Shown in pieces: positions 29,620 through 40,188 of a stretch of 64,000 bases of DNA; positions within the stretch are counted from its first letter, which is position 1, and every line of letters starts with the position of its first letter. The notes beneath the pieces were generated by a model that ran no database searches, was not told the DNA's origin, and saw only the letters and a program-made list of their open reading frames with translations. The stretch comes from Candidatus Hydrogenedentota bacterium (GTDB lineage: Bacteria > Hydrogenedentota > Hydrogenedentia > Hydrogenedentales > SLHB01). Made by a program: the position numbers and the translations under genes. The DNA lies in the NCBI GenBank assembly GCA_045863295.1, contig BTWA01000005.1:160001-224000 (forward strand), in the 5' to 3' direction.

Positions 29620-31472
29620 GGCCCCGTTCGCTAGCCGTACTTACTTCCTTGCTGATATTGCTGTGCGCGGGGTACTGGTTCACTCTGCGGCAGGAAGAGA
29701 ATGCTACGAAGCGCGCGGAACAAGCCAAACTCCTGTTCAACGCAAAGCTTTCTGATGTGACCAAGCTCTCGATTCTCCGCGAAGGAGAACGGCCGACAAC
29801 GGCCGTGCGGACTGACGACGGGACATGGCGTATTGACGAGCCCTATGCAGTTCCCCCCAGCCCGGGCGTTTGGGATGATCTTACGAAGCTCTTTCTGAAT
29901 CTAAAGAGCGAACGTACTGTGCGCGAAGTACCGGAGGGCTTAGAGGATTACGGTCTGGATAATCCGCCTTTGATACTTCGAGCTGAGATTAAAGGCGTGG
30001 CGCCCGTAGAACTGAAATTTGGAGACGCGGATCCCACGCAACAATTCCGGTATGCGCAACTCAATGGTGGACCAGTACTCCTTGTGATTGCGAAAACCAT
30101 GGCCGAATTGGATAGACCGTTACTCAAATTGCGGGACAGGACCGTGTTTGCCAGCGGCGAATCGGGAATCGCATGGCTGGAATACACGCCCATCCGGCCG
30201 AGACAGGAGGGAGATGCGCAACCGGCGGCGGATCTACCTGCACATTTGGCCAACGCGGTGGAACTTCAATCACTCGTCGTCGCGTTGCACGACGATGCCA
30301 AGTGGTACATAGAAATGCCCGAACCCGGCTATGCCGATCAAGGTATGGTGAGCCAACTTGTCAGCACTGTGCAATACACGGTCAGCAACGACTTCATCGA
30401 CAAACCGGAAAACTATAGCGATTATGGTTTGGCGCCACCACGCGCCAAGATAGCCGTGAGGTCCGCAGTGGATGGGCCGGTTCAGGTCTTGTATCTGGGC
30501 GATCTCGTCACGCCCGGAAATGCGGAAGGAGGTATTTATGCCAAGAAGCCGGATTCCGATTCGGTCATGCTTATCGACGGCATCATGACAGCACTCCTAC
30601 CGACTGATATTAATGCGTTTCGCGAGAAGCGCCTTTTGACCGGGAAGGCCACGGAGCTGGAATGGCTGACGTACAAATCCGGTGAAACCTTCGTGCGAGC
30701 GATTAACGATCCGGTCAACGGTTGGTCGATAGCCGCGCCCCAAGCAGCCGACGCCGATCAGATTACTGTTTCGACCCTGCTGAGCATGCTTAAAACTGTG
30801 GAAGGCAAAAATCTATTTCAAGGCGATCTGGCACAGTATTCACTGGAAAATCCTGACATTGAAATTGCGGTCAAATACCGGGACCAGGCCGAACCCGTAA
30901 AAATCCGCATCAGCATGCCGATTGGCGATGAAAAGATTTCATATGCCACTCAGGATACCGGCGGTATTACGAGCCTCGAGAATCCTGTTGTGGAAGGCAT
31001 GAGGCTGACGGTATCCGACTTCATTTCCAAGCGGCTACTCACTTTCAAACCGGAAGACGTCCAAGGCGTGTCCGTGCGGTTCGACGGCACTTCTTACCGC
31101 TTCGAAAAAGGAGAACGCATCTGGACAGTGATTGAGCCGGCCGGAAAGATCTTGGAGAGTCAGGCCGACATGGATGCCATTATCGATGCCCTTCACAAGC
31201 AGACACGCGCCGAATCCGTGTATAGCCTGCAGCCGGCGGCGGATTCCGTAGCGCTTGGCATTGATTCGCCTGTTGTGGAAGCCTCGCTCACACTTACTCC
31301 AGGCACCGACGGTCTACCTCGAAGCGTCGGACCAATCAAAATTGGAGAGAATTGTCCCGACAATTTGCGGGAGCGATATGCGGTGGTGGAGGGACGGCCG
31401 GAAGTTTTTCGTATCCGCCAGACCATTATCACCGAGCTTCGCCAGGCATTTCGGGGTGTACGCGACCGATAG
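29616..31472 (+). CDS. DUF4340 repeat protein
   Basis: N-terminal TM; repeated W.I..P...AD and YGL..P units. Confidence 0.82.
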   Translation: MRPRSLAVLTSLLILLCAGYWFTLRQEENATKRAEQAKLLFNAKLSDVTKLSILREGERPTTAVRTDDGTWRIDEPYAVPPSPGVWDDLTKLFLNLKSERTVREVPEGLEDYGLDNPPLILRAEIKGVAPVELKFGDADPTQQFRYAQLNGGPVLLVIAKTMAELDRPLLKLRDRTVFASGESGIAWLEYTPIRPRQEGDAQPAADLPAHLANAVELQSLVVALHDDAKWYIEMPEPGYADQGMVSQLVSTVQYTVSNDFIDKPENYSDYGLAPPRAKIAVRSAVDGPVQVLYLGDLVTPGNAEGGIYAKKPDSDSVMLIDGIMTALLPTDINAFREKRLLTGKATELEWLTYKSGETFVRAINDPVNGWSIAAPQAADADQITVSTLLSMLKTVEGKNLFQGDLAQYSLENPDIEIAVKYRDQAEPVKIRISMPIGDEKISYATQDTGGITSLENPVVEGMRLTVSDFISKRLLTFKPEDVQGVSVRFDGTSYRFEKGERIWTVIEPAGKILESQADMDAIIDALHKQTRAESVYSLQPAADSVALGIDSPVVEASLTLTPGTDGLPRSVGPIKIGENCPDNLRERYAVVEGRPEVFRIRQTIITELRQAFRGVRDR

Positions 31473-31495
31473 CATTTAGGCGCATCGCGCGACCG

Positions 31496-32233
31496 CTACG
31501 GTTTCGGTTGGAACTTCGTGTCGTCGTTTTTCAACGCCTGAATCTCCTCTTCGATTCGTTTGACAACGGGTCCCGCAACGCCCTTTACGGTCAGCCCTTG
31601 TGTAAACAGACTTCGTACGAATAATGCCGCAATATCTGCCGTATTTACCGGATCCGTCAGGCCGAGATCGTTCAAGGTAAAGGGATCGAGTGTCAGCTTT
31701 AACGCGCCGCCGGGCGCAAAGTTGGAACTCGCGTTCAATATGGCGGATTCACATCGCAATTCGTTTACCGTGCAATGCCGCTTTACGCCTCTTGTGTCGG
31801 CCCCTGCCGTGTATCGCTCGCGGCTCGCGGCGGCGTAGATGGCGCGCAGGTTTGTGCCGGTGCCGGCCTCATACCTCAGATTCACGATGGCATCCCGCAG
31901 TACAATTCGATCGACCGCGGGAACATCGTCGAAGACTGTTCCCAATTCGAACGAGATTGACGTAACCGGAAACGCCATTGCCACGCCTTCTTCGAAAGGG
32001 AGCGGGTTGAATATAATTAATTCGTGGAGCACAAGCGATCGTTCACGAAACGACACAGAGACACGTCCGAGCGATACCTGCGTTTGATACACGTGACTCA
32101 ACGTACTCTCTATCGTGCGCCTGCCCGTGCTTTCGATTTGTGTGATGGCGAATATGCCAGCGACCCCAATTCCGATCAATACGAGGCCCACAGCAATTAC
32201 GATGGCCTTGACGAGTGCCTTAACGGTACCCAT
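31496..32233 (-). CDS. AsmA-like membrane-anchored hypothetical protein
   Basis: N-terminal TM; V.LG.V.VS, NP..F, GTNL pattern. Confidence 0.6.
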   Translation of the reverse strand: MGTVKALVKAIVIAVGLVLIGIGVAGIFAITQIESTGRRTIESTLSHVYQTQVSLGRVSVSFRERSLVLHELIIFNPLPFEEGVAMAFPVTSISFELGTVFDDVPAVDRIVLRDAIVNLRYEAGTGTNLRAIYAAASRERYTAGADTRGVKRHCTVNELRCESAILNASSNFAPGGALKLTLDPFTLNDLGLTDPVNTADIAALFVRSLFTQGLTVKGVAGPVVKRIEEEIQALKNDDTKFQPKP

Positions 32234-32982
32234 CAGTCAAAGATATGGGCGACCCGCCGGAGGCCCGTATACAATTCGTGGTATCCAAGGCGTGTTACGT
32301 ATTCCACATCTTCCCGGCGAATCTGGAAAGGAATCGGTTCCAAATCGGTGGCGGCGGGCCATTCGAAGAAATACTCGGTGTTGGCTGCAATCAGTACAAT
32401 CCGGACGGCGGGCGTTTCGCGGCTAACGGTAGGTACCCCCAACCACACATCCTGCATCGGGAAAAGGAGTGTATGGGTCTGGTTGTAGCGACGCAGCGCT
32501 TCCTGAGGCGTTTCCTCCACTGGCGCAGCTGGCAGTGATTGGATCGGAGATATTTTTTTCCCGTCGACCGTTTCCAAACGGATGTCAACGTTTCGCAGAC
32601 GCACAATGTCATACGCCACACCCATATCACCGAACACAGATTCGAGATGGAGTTCCACGATCAGAAACTGGCGGTTGAGCGATGCTACGTCCTGTTGCAG
32701 CGCCGGATCCACCGGCATGCCCGCCGCAGTATCCGCCTGTTCCTTTGCCGCGGACACTTCTGGCGAGACCCAAACCGCGTAGGAATTGGCGCTGTAAGCA
32801 TCCATATAGGGGCCTTCTCCCTTGTGCAGCATGGATACAAACGTCGCTGGCCGGAATTGAATATGACCTTCGGGCGAGAGTGGCTTGTCCGGTTTGGGAG
32901 GGGTCGTTTTGCAGGAAGGCAATAACCACACAGCCAACAGAAAGGCTATTATGACCCTCACATGCGGATTCCACTTGGCCAT
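32233..32982 (-). CDS. Hypothetical lipoprotein
   Basis: Signal with lipobox LPS|C; start may be 32997. Confidence 0.7.
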   Translation of the reverse strand: MAKWNPHVRVIIAFLLAVWLLPSCKTTPPKPDKPLSPEGHIQFRPATFVSMLHKGEGPYMDAYSANSYAVWVSPEVSAAKEQADTAAGMPVDPALQQDVASLNRQFLIVELHLESVFGDMGVAYDIVRLRNVDIRLETVDGKKISPIQSLPAAPVEETPQEALRRYNQTHTLLFPMQDVWLGVPTVSRETPAVRIVLIAANTEYFFEWPAATDLEPIPFQIRREDVEYVTRLGYHELYTGLRRVAHIFD

Positions 32983-32996
32983 TGGTGTTGCCTCCA

Positions 32997-33677
32997 CTAT
33001 TCCACTAGGATTTCCGGTTCGGGTCCGGATGAAACGGGGGCTTCACCCGGTTTTAACGGCGTCTCGGTGATGACCGATTGGGCGTGATCGCCCCCGATGC
33101 CGCTGTTGCGTAAAGTCATCTCGCCGCCGGTGGTGCGCAATTTCACAATGCCCGTCGGCTTTATTTGCTCGTTAACCCACAGATGCACAATGCGGTCACC
33201 CTCGCGCAGTTCAATGTGTTCCGCTTGGACAGCTCCACTTAAGGTATCCACTTTTTCGAGGCCGAGAGATTTCCGATCGGACCGAATCTTGTTTTTGTCG
33301 GCCGTAGTCTCGTTCGAGACCGGTACCTCGCGCGCCTTTTCATTACCTTGCTTGACTACAATAGAGTGGATGTTCCTGGCATCGCTGGCCGGGCCTGTCA
33401 GCAACATCTTGTAAACTGTTCGAAACCCGGCTTCCGGCATCACCTCAATTTCTACCCAATACCCGGTCTTTCGTCCCACTTTCTCTTCGTCCACGATGGC
33501 CTGTCTGACGACGTATTTCTGGTTCACTTCAGGCGCGACCAAGTCGTACCATGCCCACTGACCCACCTGTGGGTCCACCAACTTTCCCGCGAGCAAGTCA
33601 TTGGCCATGCCTTGTGCTTGGACCGACGCGGTGCAAATGATGGCCATGCCGGCCGCTATCAGGATTCTGGAATTCAT
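32997..33677 (-). CDS. Secreted hypothetical protein
   Basis: Signal peptide ending VQA; GGAG RBS; beta-rich; co-oriented with the two downstream genes. Confidence 0.7.
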   Translation of the reverse strand: MNSRILIAAGMAIICTASVQAQGMANDLLAGKLVDPQVGQWAWYDLVAPEVNQKYVVRQAIVDEEKVGRKTGYWVEIEVMPEAGFRTVYKMLLTGPASDARNIHSIVVKQGNEKAREVPVSNETTADKNKIRSDRKSLGLEKVDTLSGAVQAEHIELREGDRIVHLWVNEQIKPTGIVKLRTTGGEMTLRNSGIGGDHAQSVITETPLKPGEAPVSSGPEPEILVE

Positions 33678-33938
33678 GATCAACTCCACAACATGCAGTA
33701 TTGAGATAATCACAATACCACAAATTGTCGAAAACCTGAAAGCCACTACAGTTGTGAGGTAGTGGATTGAATACGCAATTCATCCATATATTCTCGGTGA
33801 CGCGGTTTCTGACAAAAATTACCAGCTTCGTGGCGTTTGGCCGTTTTTGCGTGCTACAGTGAGCAGTTCTTGTGTCGGCGCGGGCGAAAGTACCGTCCGA
33901 CCGCGGCACACGTATTAACCAAGCGGAGGGAACGAAAA

Positions 33939-36329
33939 GTGACGACCCGAATCCTGGCCTATGCCGGACTTCTGGCGGCCCTTGTGGCTGTGGGACCGGC
34001 TGAGGCACAGCGAGCTCGAACGAAAGAACAGCCAGCGTATCCTGTCAAAGTGGGTACGTTTCCGCAGGAAGTACGGACGATGTACACCTCGGCAAACGGT
34101 CTCCCCAGTGACGACGTCAAGGATATCGCAGTAACGCACGATGGGATGGTTTATGCCGCGACAGCTTCCGGGCTTGCCGTTTATCATGGCGGAGTGTGGG
34201 CACTGCTCGAGACAACGTCCGGGAAGAACCCCGTGATTGGCGTGGCGATTCTGGGCAAAGGCGGCGACTATCTGGTAGCCGCGGCAGAGGACGGAAAAGT
34301 ACTGTTGTTCGATAAGTACGGTGTTGCCAAGGGTGCAGTCGAACACGAAGGGATCAAGGGTCTCACCGCGATTGAATCTGCCGGTTCGGATCTGCTGGTT
34401 TGCACGCCCAACGGCGTCCTGGTGTTTACCATTTTCTCTGACGGGCATGGGGTCCTGCATGAAACGTTGGCCGAAGGCAAATCGGCCCTCACCGCAGCAT
34501 CCCAGGCAGGCAAGGGAATCGCGATTGGTTCTTCAGATGCGTTACTTGCCAAATTCGAAAGCGGGAATATTGAACCGGTCTTTCCGGCGGAAGGCAGCGA
34601 CCGCTGGGCAATGGCCAACGTGCGCGGAACGGCATTCGACAAGAATGGTAGCTTGTGGGCTGTCAGCCCGCAGGGTGTGGCGCGTTATGACGGGAAATGG
34701 ACCCTTTACGAAGGGGAAGATGGGCTTCCTTACAACGACTTGACCTGTGTCGCACCGGCTCCGGATGGATCCGTCTGGTTCGGAACGATGATTGGCGCGA
34801 TTCGGTATGACGGCAAGGACTGGTATTACCGGCAAGGGCTCCGGTGGTTGCCCAATGACGAGGTACGCGCGATTGCGGTCGATAACGACGGCAATGCGTG
34901 GATTGCGACGGCCGGCGGTGTATCGAACATCCAGTTTCAGCCCATGACGCTTTGGGAAAAGGCCCAGTTTTACGAAACGGAGATCGACAAGTATCACCGG
35001 CGCACGGAGTACGGGTATGTGCTCGAAGTGTCGGTATCCGCACCGGGCACTAAGGAGGGCATTCGTCAAGGCGACAGCGACAACGATGGTCTGTGGACCG
35101 CCATGTACGGCGCGGGCGAATGCTTTGCGTATGGAGCCACCAAGGATCCAGAAGCGAAACGGCGTGCCAAACAGGCATTCGAAGCGTTACGCTTTTTGCA
35201 GGTTGCGCCCGAGGGGTCAGAGCATGCGCCACCTCTGGGATATGTCGCCCGTACGGTGGTCCCGACTACTGAGCCGGACCCGAATCTCCGCGAGAGTTAT
35301 ACGCTGGAAGGGCAAATTCGAAATCAGGAAGGCGACAAGCTGTGGCGCGCGTACGAGCCGCGTTGGCCCAAGAGCAAAGACGGCAAGTACTACTGGAAGA
35401 GCGATACCAGTTCCGACGAATTGGACGGCCACTTCTTCTTTTACCCGCTGTACTACGATTTAGTCGCGGAGACCGACGAGGAGAAGGCTCGCGTTACGGA
35501 CGTAATCCGCAAACTGATGGACCATATGATCGAACACAACTATTGTCTGGTCGATCACAAAGGTGTAACGCGATGGGGCGACTATAGCCCGGAAACGCTG
35601 AACGAGCAGTATGTCTGGTTCGCGGAACGCGGACTGAAGTCGATCAGTATTCTTGCCTACTTGAATGCAACCTACCACGTGACCGGGGATCAAAAATACC
35701 TGGAACATGCGAAAATCTTGCGTGACAAGCATAATTACGATCAGAACGCACTCTGGCCCGAATACCAACGTGGTATCGGATCGGCCAATCATTCCGATGA
35801 CGAAATGTTTCTGATGAATTACTACAATCTCATCAAGTACGAACCGGATCCGGAATTGAAAGCGTGGTATGTCTCGTCACTGGCCAATTGGTGGCGCCTT
35901 GAAGAGCCGGAGGTCAATCCGTTCTTTAATTTTGCCTATGCCGCCCTTGCCATGGACCAGAAGATTACGACCCAGTGGGGTACGTACGATATGTCGCCGT
36001 GGCCCTCATGGTTGGACGATTCATTGGAGACGCTCAAGAGGTTTCCATTGGATCGATTCGATTGGGGGCATAAGAACAGCCACCGTACAGATATCGTCCT
36101 GTTGTCTGATCATTTTGCCGATGCGTTTGACGATCGGATGGGCCGTTCAAAGGGTTACCGGGTGGACGGTAAAGTGTTGCCGGTGGACGAGCGTCACTTT
36201 AATCATTGGAACCATGATCCGTGGTCGTTGAATTACGGCGGCAGCGGACGGGAACTTGCCACAGGCGCTGTGTACACGCTCGGTTACTACATGGGTCTGT
36301 ATCACGGTTTCATTGAACCGGACAAGTAA
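33939..36329 (+). CDS. Secreted protein: regulator-propeller repeats + uncharacterised helical (alpha/alpha barrel-like) domain
   Basis: GLPSDDV, GLPYND, WLPNDEV propeller repeats; DNDGLWTAMY, WKSDTSSDE motifs; GGAGG RBS before GTG. Confidence 0.8.
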   Translation: MTTRILAYAGLLAALVAVGPAEAQRARTKEQPAYPVKVGTFPQEVRTMYTSANGLPSDDVKDIAVTHDGMVYAATASGLAVYHGGVWALLETTSGKNPVIGVAILGKGGDYLVAAAEDGKVLLFDKYGVAKGAVEHEGIKGLTAIESAGSDLLVCTPNGVLVFTIFSDGHGVLHETLAEGKSALTAASQAGKGIAIGSSDALLAKFESGNIEPVFPAEGSDRWAMANVRGTAFDKNGSLWAVSPQGVARYDGKWTLYEGEDGLPYNDLTCVAPAPDGSVWFGTMIGAIRYDGKDWYYRQGLRWLPNDEVRAIAVDNDGNAWIATAGGVSNIQFQPMTLWEKAQFYETEIDKYHRRTEYGYVLEVSVSAPGTKEGIRQGDSDNDGLWTAMYGAGECFAYGATKDPEAKRRAKQAFEALRFLQVAPEGSEHAPPLGYVARTVVPTTEPDPNLRESYTLEGQIRNQEGDKLWRAYEPRWPKSKDGKYYWKSDTSSDELDGHFFFYPLYYDLVAETDEEKARVTDVIRKLMDHMIEHNYCLVDHKGVTRWGDYSPETLNEQYVWFAERGLKSISILAYLNATYHVTGDQKYLEHAKILRDKHNYDQNALWPEYQRGIGSANHSDDEMFLMNYYNLIKYEPDPELKAWYVSSLANWWRLEEPEVNPFFNFAYAALAMDQKITTQWGTYDMSPWPSWLDDSLETLKRFPLDRFDWGHKNSHRTDIVLLSDHFADAFDDRMGRSKGYRVDGKVLPVDERHFNHWNHDPWSLNYGGSGRELATGAVYTLGYYMGLYHGFIEPDK

Positions 36330-36349
36330 GGTACGGATAGAGATACAGG

Positions 36350-36383
36350 TCGCCCGCGCCGGCTGTCGAGCTGGCGCGGGCGA
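36350..36383. terminator. Strong hairpin between convergent genes
   Basis: TCGCCCGCGCCGGCT-GTCG-AGCTGGCGCGGGCGA. Confidence 0.7.
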
Positions 36384-36400
36384 ATTATTCACGTCGTAAT

Positions 36401-37654
36401 CTAATTCTTCTCAGCAGAGCCGTCCTGAAACGCGATTCGAAGCACGCGGGCAAAAAAAGGTGTCTTTCGATACGTTTCGTCGACCGTTCTTTCCCCTTCA
36501 GAGTCTAGACTGCTCTCCACGAGCCCGAATTCGCTCAATGGCATGAGTATGCGAAAATCCACCAGTATACTGACATCGATCTCTTCCGCCTCTTCGAGAT
36601 CCATTTGTACGGGGAGCGGTAGAAGCCACGAACACAATCGATCGACGGGCTGCCATCCGGTATCAAGCCGGCTCAGCACGTATAGCGCGTAGGGTGCACA
36701 TTCCTGTACCTCTTCGCACTCAGGTTCGTCGTCCATGACGGCCATGTTCATTTCCTTGAGATAAGCTTTGAATAACCGGCCATACAGTTCTTCCACACTA
36801 TTCGGAGCCTGCAGGCGACCGCCGAGATCTGTGACTGTCATGCGATGGTCGTCGGTTCGACTGATCAGGCCGGCCACTTCACTCACTAGCCGGGCAAAGT
36901 ACAATTCGAAGATGTGCGCTTCCTGGTATACGCCAAAATCCTGAATGGCCATTTGTCCTGAAACGCTCAGATTTGCGGAGGGCTTAATGGATTTGATGTA
37001 GTCGCTGTCCAGTTGTTGATCGGACTGAATCGCCACGCCGTTTGACTCGGCAATGGATCGCAGGATCAACCGAACGTTATGTACAATTCGGGTATCGAGA
37101 TACTGTTGAACCGGGATGCCGCATACCAAGCGAATCGGACAAGAATCGCTGCCCACGTCACAGGCCAAAAGCGCCTGAAGCTGGTTCAGGCTCAGGCCTT
37201 CGAGTGCCGCGATGCATTCATCGGGGTCAAGTTCTGATTCGTCGGCTTCAATTTCTGGATCCAGCTCCAGCGTTCCACGTTTTGCAATGGACTCAAATAG
37301 CCCAGCGATTTCAGAAGGGTCTTGCTCAAGCAGAGCGTCATAGAACTTTCGGCTTTCCGGCGGCAACTCATCGACCAGACCTGTCGACATGCCTAACATC
37401 GTCATGGCATAGAGATGAAGACTTTCGTAATATACAAAGACCTTCGAATCCTCGGCCACGTTGTCCCGCGCCGCGGTGAGAACGTCCAACAACAGTTCCA
37501 GATCTTCGACCGGTACCTGCACGATGGCCGGCTCCGTCGGGTTCGCCGTGAACAGCGGTTCTCGAATTGAATCCGGAAGGTCAATCAGATTCAATAGCAA
37601 ATCGCGTTGAAACGGTGTAAGGCCCCAAGTGACTGGATTCGCTTCGCTGGTCAT
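36401..37654 (-). CDS. Acidic hypothetical protein
   Basis: 417-aa ORF overlapping upstream stop; very D/E-rich; no motif confidently recognised. Confidence 0.7.
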   Translation of the reverse strand: MTSEANPVTWGLTPFQRDLLLNLIDLPDSIREPLFTANPTEPAIVQVPVEDLELLLDVLTAARDNVAEDSKVFVYYESLHLYAMTMLGMSTGLVDELPPESRKFYDALLEQDPSEIAGLFESIAKRGTLELDPEIEADESELDPDECIAALEGLSLNQLQALLACDVGSDSCPIRLVCGIPVQQYLDTRIVHNVRLILRSIAESNGVAIQSDQQLDSDYIKSIKPSANLSVSGQMAIQDFGVYQEAHIFELYFARLVSEVAGLISRTDDHRMTVTDLGGRLQAPNSVEELYGRLFKAYLKEMNMAVMDDEPECEEVQECAPYALYVLSRLDTGWQPVDRLCSWLLPLPVQMDLEEAEEIDVSILVDFRILMPLSEFGLVESSLDSEGERTVDETYRKTPFFARVLRIAFQDGSAEKN

Positions 37655-38676
37655 ATATCCTGCCTGTCTATCCGCTGATACAGCAGCGGAGGGTTGTATT
37701 CATCTTCCACGTCTTGAATATTGACCACGCGGAGAAAACCCCGTTCATGCAAGTGCTCCACGTGGGCGCCCGTCTCCAAGAGCGCCAGCAACACGTGATA
37801 GTGCTGCTGATTCTTGAACATTCCCTTGGACAAGTCGCGAATAGTCTTTGGTTCATCGCACAGCGACAAAACTTTTTGCATGCGCGCTTCATGAAACTGA
37901 AGCGTTTCCGATATTCGTCCCTTCAAATCGTCCATGGCAAACTCATGCCCGCCCAGGCCGATCCGGATACCGTCCAATTCCGCCAACTTAGCGAGAGATT
38001 CCGTGTAGTGGCCGAGCCCGGTATAGCGCGCTATGAATTCAGGGGATTGGATTGGCGTCGTATGACTCAACACATGATCTGCCGTGAACACTATGTCGTT
38101 TAGCCGCAGGCAAACCTGCCCCGGACAGTGTCCGGGCGTGTGAATGGAAGTCAGAGAGGTTCCGGGCACCGTCCCTTCCGCAAAAGTAAAGTCTACAGGT
38201 GTCGCCTCGAAATAGTCTTTAGACCACTTATTCATCGAGACCAGTTCTTGTACGCGATGATTGGGCACACCCGCCCGCTCAAGGTAGATATGGAGATTCT
38301 TCGAGGAGAGTATGAGCCGTTCCTGAAACTGCGAGAGGATGCTAGCATCCAACTCGTGAATACCGATGCGCGCACCGGATTTCTCTACGACATAGTTGAC
38401 GCCGCCAAAATGATCAATATGTCCGTGCGTCAGGACAAGGATTTGAACGTCAGACAATGCGATGGATTCGTCAAAGCTGTTTTTCAGTTCAGAAAAAGCA
38501 GTTTCGAGCGATTCATTTGACGAAGCAAAACCGGATCCGGCGTCAATCAATATTACTGGTTCGCCCGTCAACAAGTAGCAATTCGTGAAATGATTCGGAA
38601 ATGCCTCCACGGGCAATTTGTACACGCGTTGTCCATCGGCAGTGTCATATCGCCGGATAACAGGGTCATTTTTCAT
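37651..38676 (-). CDS. MBL-fold metallo-hydrolase with C-terminal wHTH-like domain
   Basis: THGHIDH, TPGH, DH, GH metal ligands. Confidence 0.9.
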   Translation of the reverse strand: MKNDPVIRRYDTADGQRVYKLPVEAFPNHFTNCYLLTGEPVILIDAGSGFASSNESLETAFSELKNSFDESIALSDVQILVLTHGHIDHFGGVNYVVEKSGARIGIHELDASILSQFQERLILSSKNLHIYLERAGVPNHRVQELVSMNKWSKDYFEATPVDFTFAEGTVPGTSLTSIHTPGHCPGQVCLRLNDIVFTADHVLSHTTPIQSPEFIARYTGLGHYTESLAKLAELDGIRIGLGGHEFAMDDLKGRISETLQFHEARMQKVLSLCDEPKTIRDLSKGMFKNQQHYHVLLALLETGAHVEHLHERGFLRVVNIQDVEDEYNPPLLYQRIDRQDI

Positions 38677-38721
38677 AACAATTAGCCCAATACAAGTTCA
38701 CGACAATCCATGCGTATCGAA

Positions 38722-40128
38722 TCAGGAGGAGGTGTCCGTCGCCGGGTCTGCATGCCAACGGAATGTAGCCACGGACTTAGGCGGGACTTCCGCCGAGAAA
38801 TACCGGGAACCGTGCGCCACCGCTATCTGTCTAACCTTCTGAATCGAATTTACCACGACGAGCACAATTGCCCCTTTCCCGTCTTTGAATGCAACGTGCG
38901 TGAAATCGTTTCCCACTTCTCCGGTTTCAATTCGTACGGCGCCTTCCGGAATGAATTTCATCAATTGTCCATAAAGGTAGTAGTCAGGATTGTACCTTAC
39001 GGTCCCATCGTTCAGCAGTTCGATAGGGGTTTGGCTCGCACTATGAGGCCCGTTGTTGGGTTTTCGGTTTTCATCAAGCATGATTACCCAAGCATTGTAC
39101 GAACGAGACCAATTGCGGAGTATTTCCACTATGCGTGATGCACCTCGGATTCGGAACACAGATCCCTCGGTAAAGTAAACGTGCTTGTCAGGGAATTCAC
39201 CATACAGCATAGACTGGGCATTAACCTTGCCCTCATAGTGGTGAAATCCGGTGCCATCCACAAAGTGCGCCGCTTGCGGATCAGAGAGCACCGTTCGAGG
39301 AAAGCTCAACAGGTTCCAGTTGTGATCCCAACACCAGATCTTCGTTTCGACTCCTGCCCTTCTGAATGTAGGCCCCAAATGGTCTCGAATGAAGTCGCGC
39401 TGCTCTTCGCCGGTCCAATGACATGTGGGATACTCCGGATTGGGATAGTCCGGTTCATTTTGCGGTGTAACCGCATAGATTGGTATACCTTCCGATGCAT
39501 ACGCCTTAATGAACTTGACAAAGTAGCTTGCGTAGGCATCGTACCATTCCGGTTTCAGCTTTCCCGCAAGCATGGATTCATTGGTCTTCATCCAGGCAGG
39601 AGGACTCCATGGAGAAGCGAAGAACCGCAAGTCTGGGTTTATTGACAACGCCAACTTGACGACCGGAAGAATATATGCCTTGTCTTTTTCTATGGAGAAA
39701 TGTGCCAACTCCGGGTCGGATTCGCCGGCATCCACATCGCAATACGAGTACCATGGCTCCGGCGTGAAGTCCGGCGTTCCCATACATAGCCGCATCAAAT
39801 TCATTCCTATGCCCATTTCAGGGTGAACAATCTTGGTAAGAATCCGCTTTTGGGCGTCAGGTGGGAGCTGGGAGATATTGTAACAGGTTGCATGGTCAAA
39901 CGACGCCCCCAGGCCAAGTATGGACTGATACACTTGAGAGTCGTCTACGTTAATGAGGAGCGACTTTCTGCGTGCAGGTCGTTCGCCCAATACCAAGGGA
40001 GGCATTGGCCGAAGTTGATACTCAGCATTCTCGGTACTGACCCACCAGTCAACCGATTGGCACAGGGCCGAGGGAGAGAAGATGGTAATTACCAAAAAAA
40101 CCAATCGTGCTTTGCGTATGGCGTGCAT
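38722..40128 (-). CDS. Glycoside hydrolase family 30
   Basis: ASPWSPPAWMK, QNEP acid/base, DHNW, FTE nucleophile; signal peptide. Confidence 0.92.
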   Translation of the reverse strand: MHAIRKARLVFLVITIFSPSALCQSVDWWVSTENAEYQLRPMPPLVLGERPARRKSLLINVDDSQVYQSILGLGASFDHATCYNISQLPPDAQKRILTKIVHPEMGIGMNLMRLCMGTPDFTPEPWYSYCDVDAGESDPELAHFSIEKDKAYILPVVKLALSINPDLRFFASPWSPPAWMKTNESMLAGKLKPEWYDAYASYFVKFIKAYASEGIPIYAVTPQNEPDYPNPEYPTCHWTGEEQRDFIRDHLGPTFRRAGVETKIWCWDHNWNLLSFPRTVLSDPQAAHFVDGTGFHHYEGKVNAQSMLYGEFPDKHVYFTEGSVFRIRGASRIVEILRNWSRSYNAWVIMLDENRKPNNGPHSASQTPIELLNDGTVRYNPDYYLYGQLMKFIPEGAVRIETGEVGNDFTHVAFKDGKGAIVLVVVNSIQKVRQIAVAHGSRYFSAEVPPKSVATFRWHADPATDTSS

Positions 40129-40188
40129 AGCGCTGCCTACTCCTATGGAGTTCTTTGATCCTTTGAATCTAAATAACGAACCCGGGAC

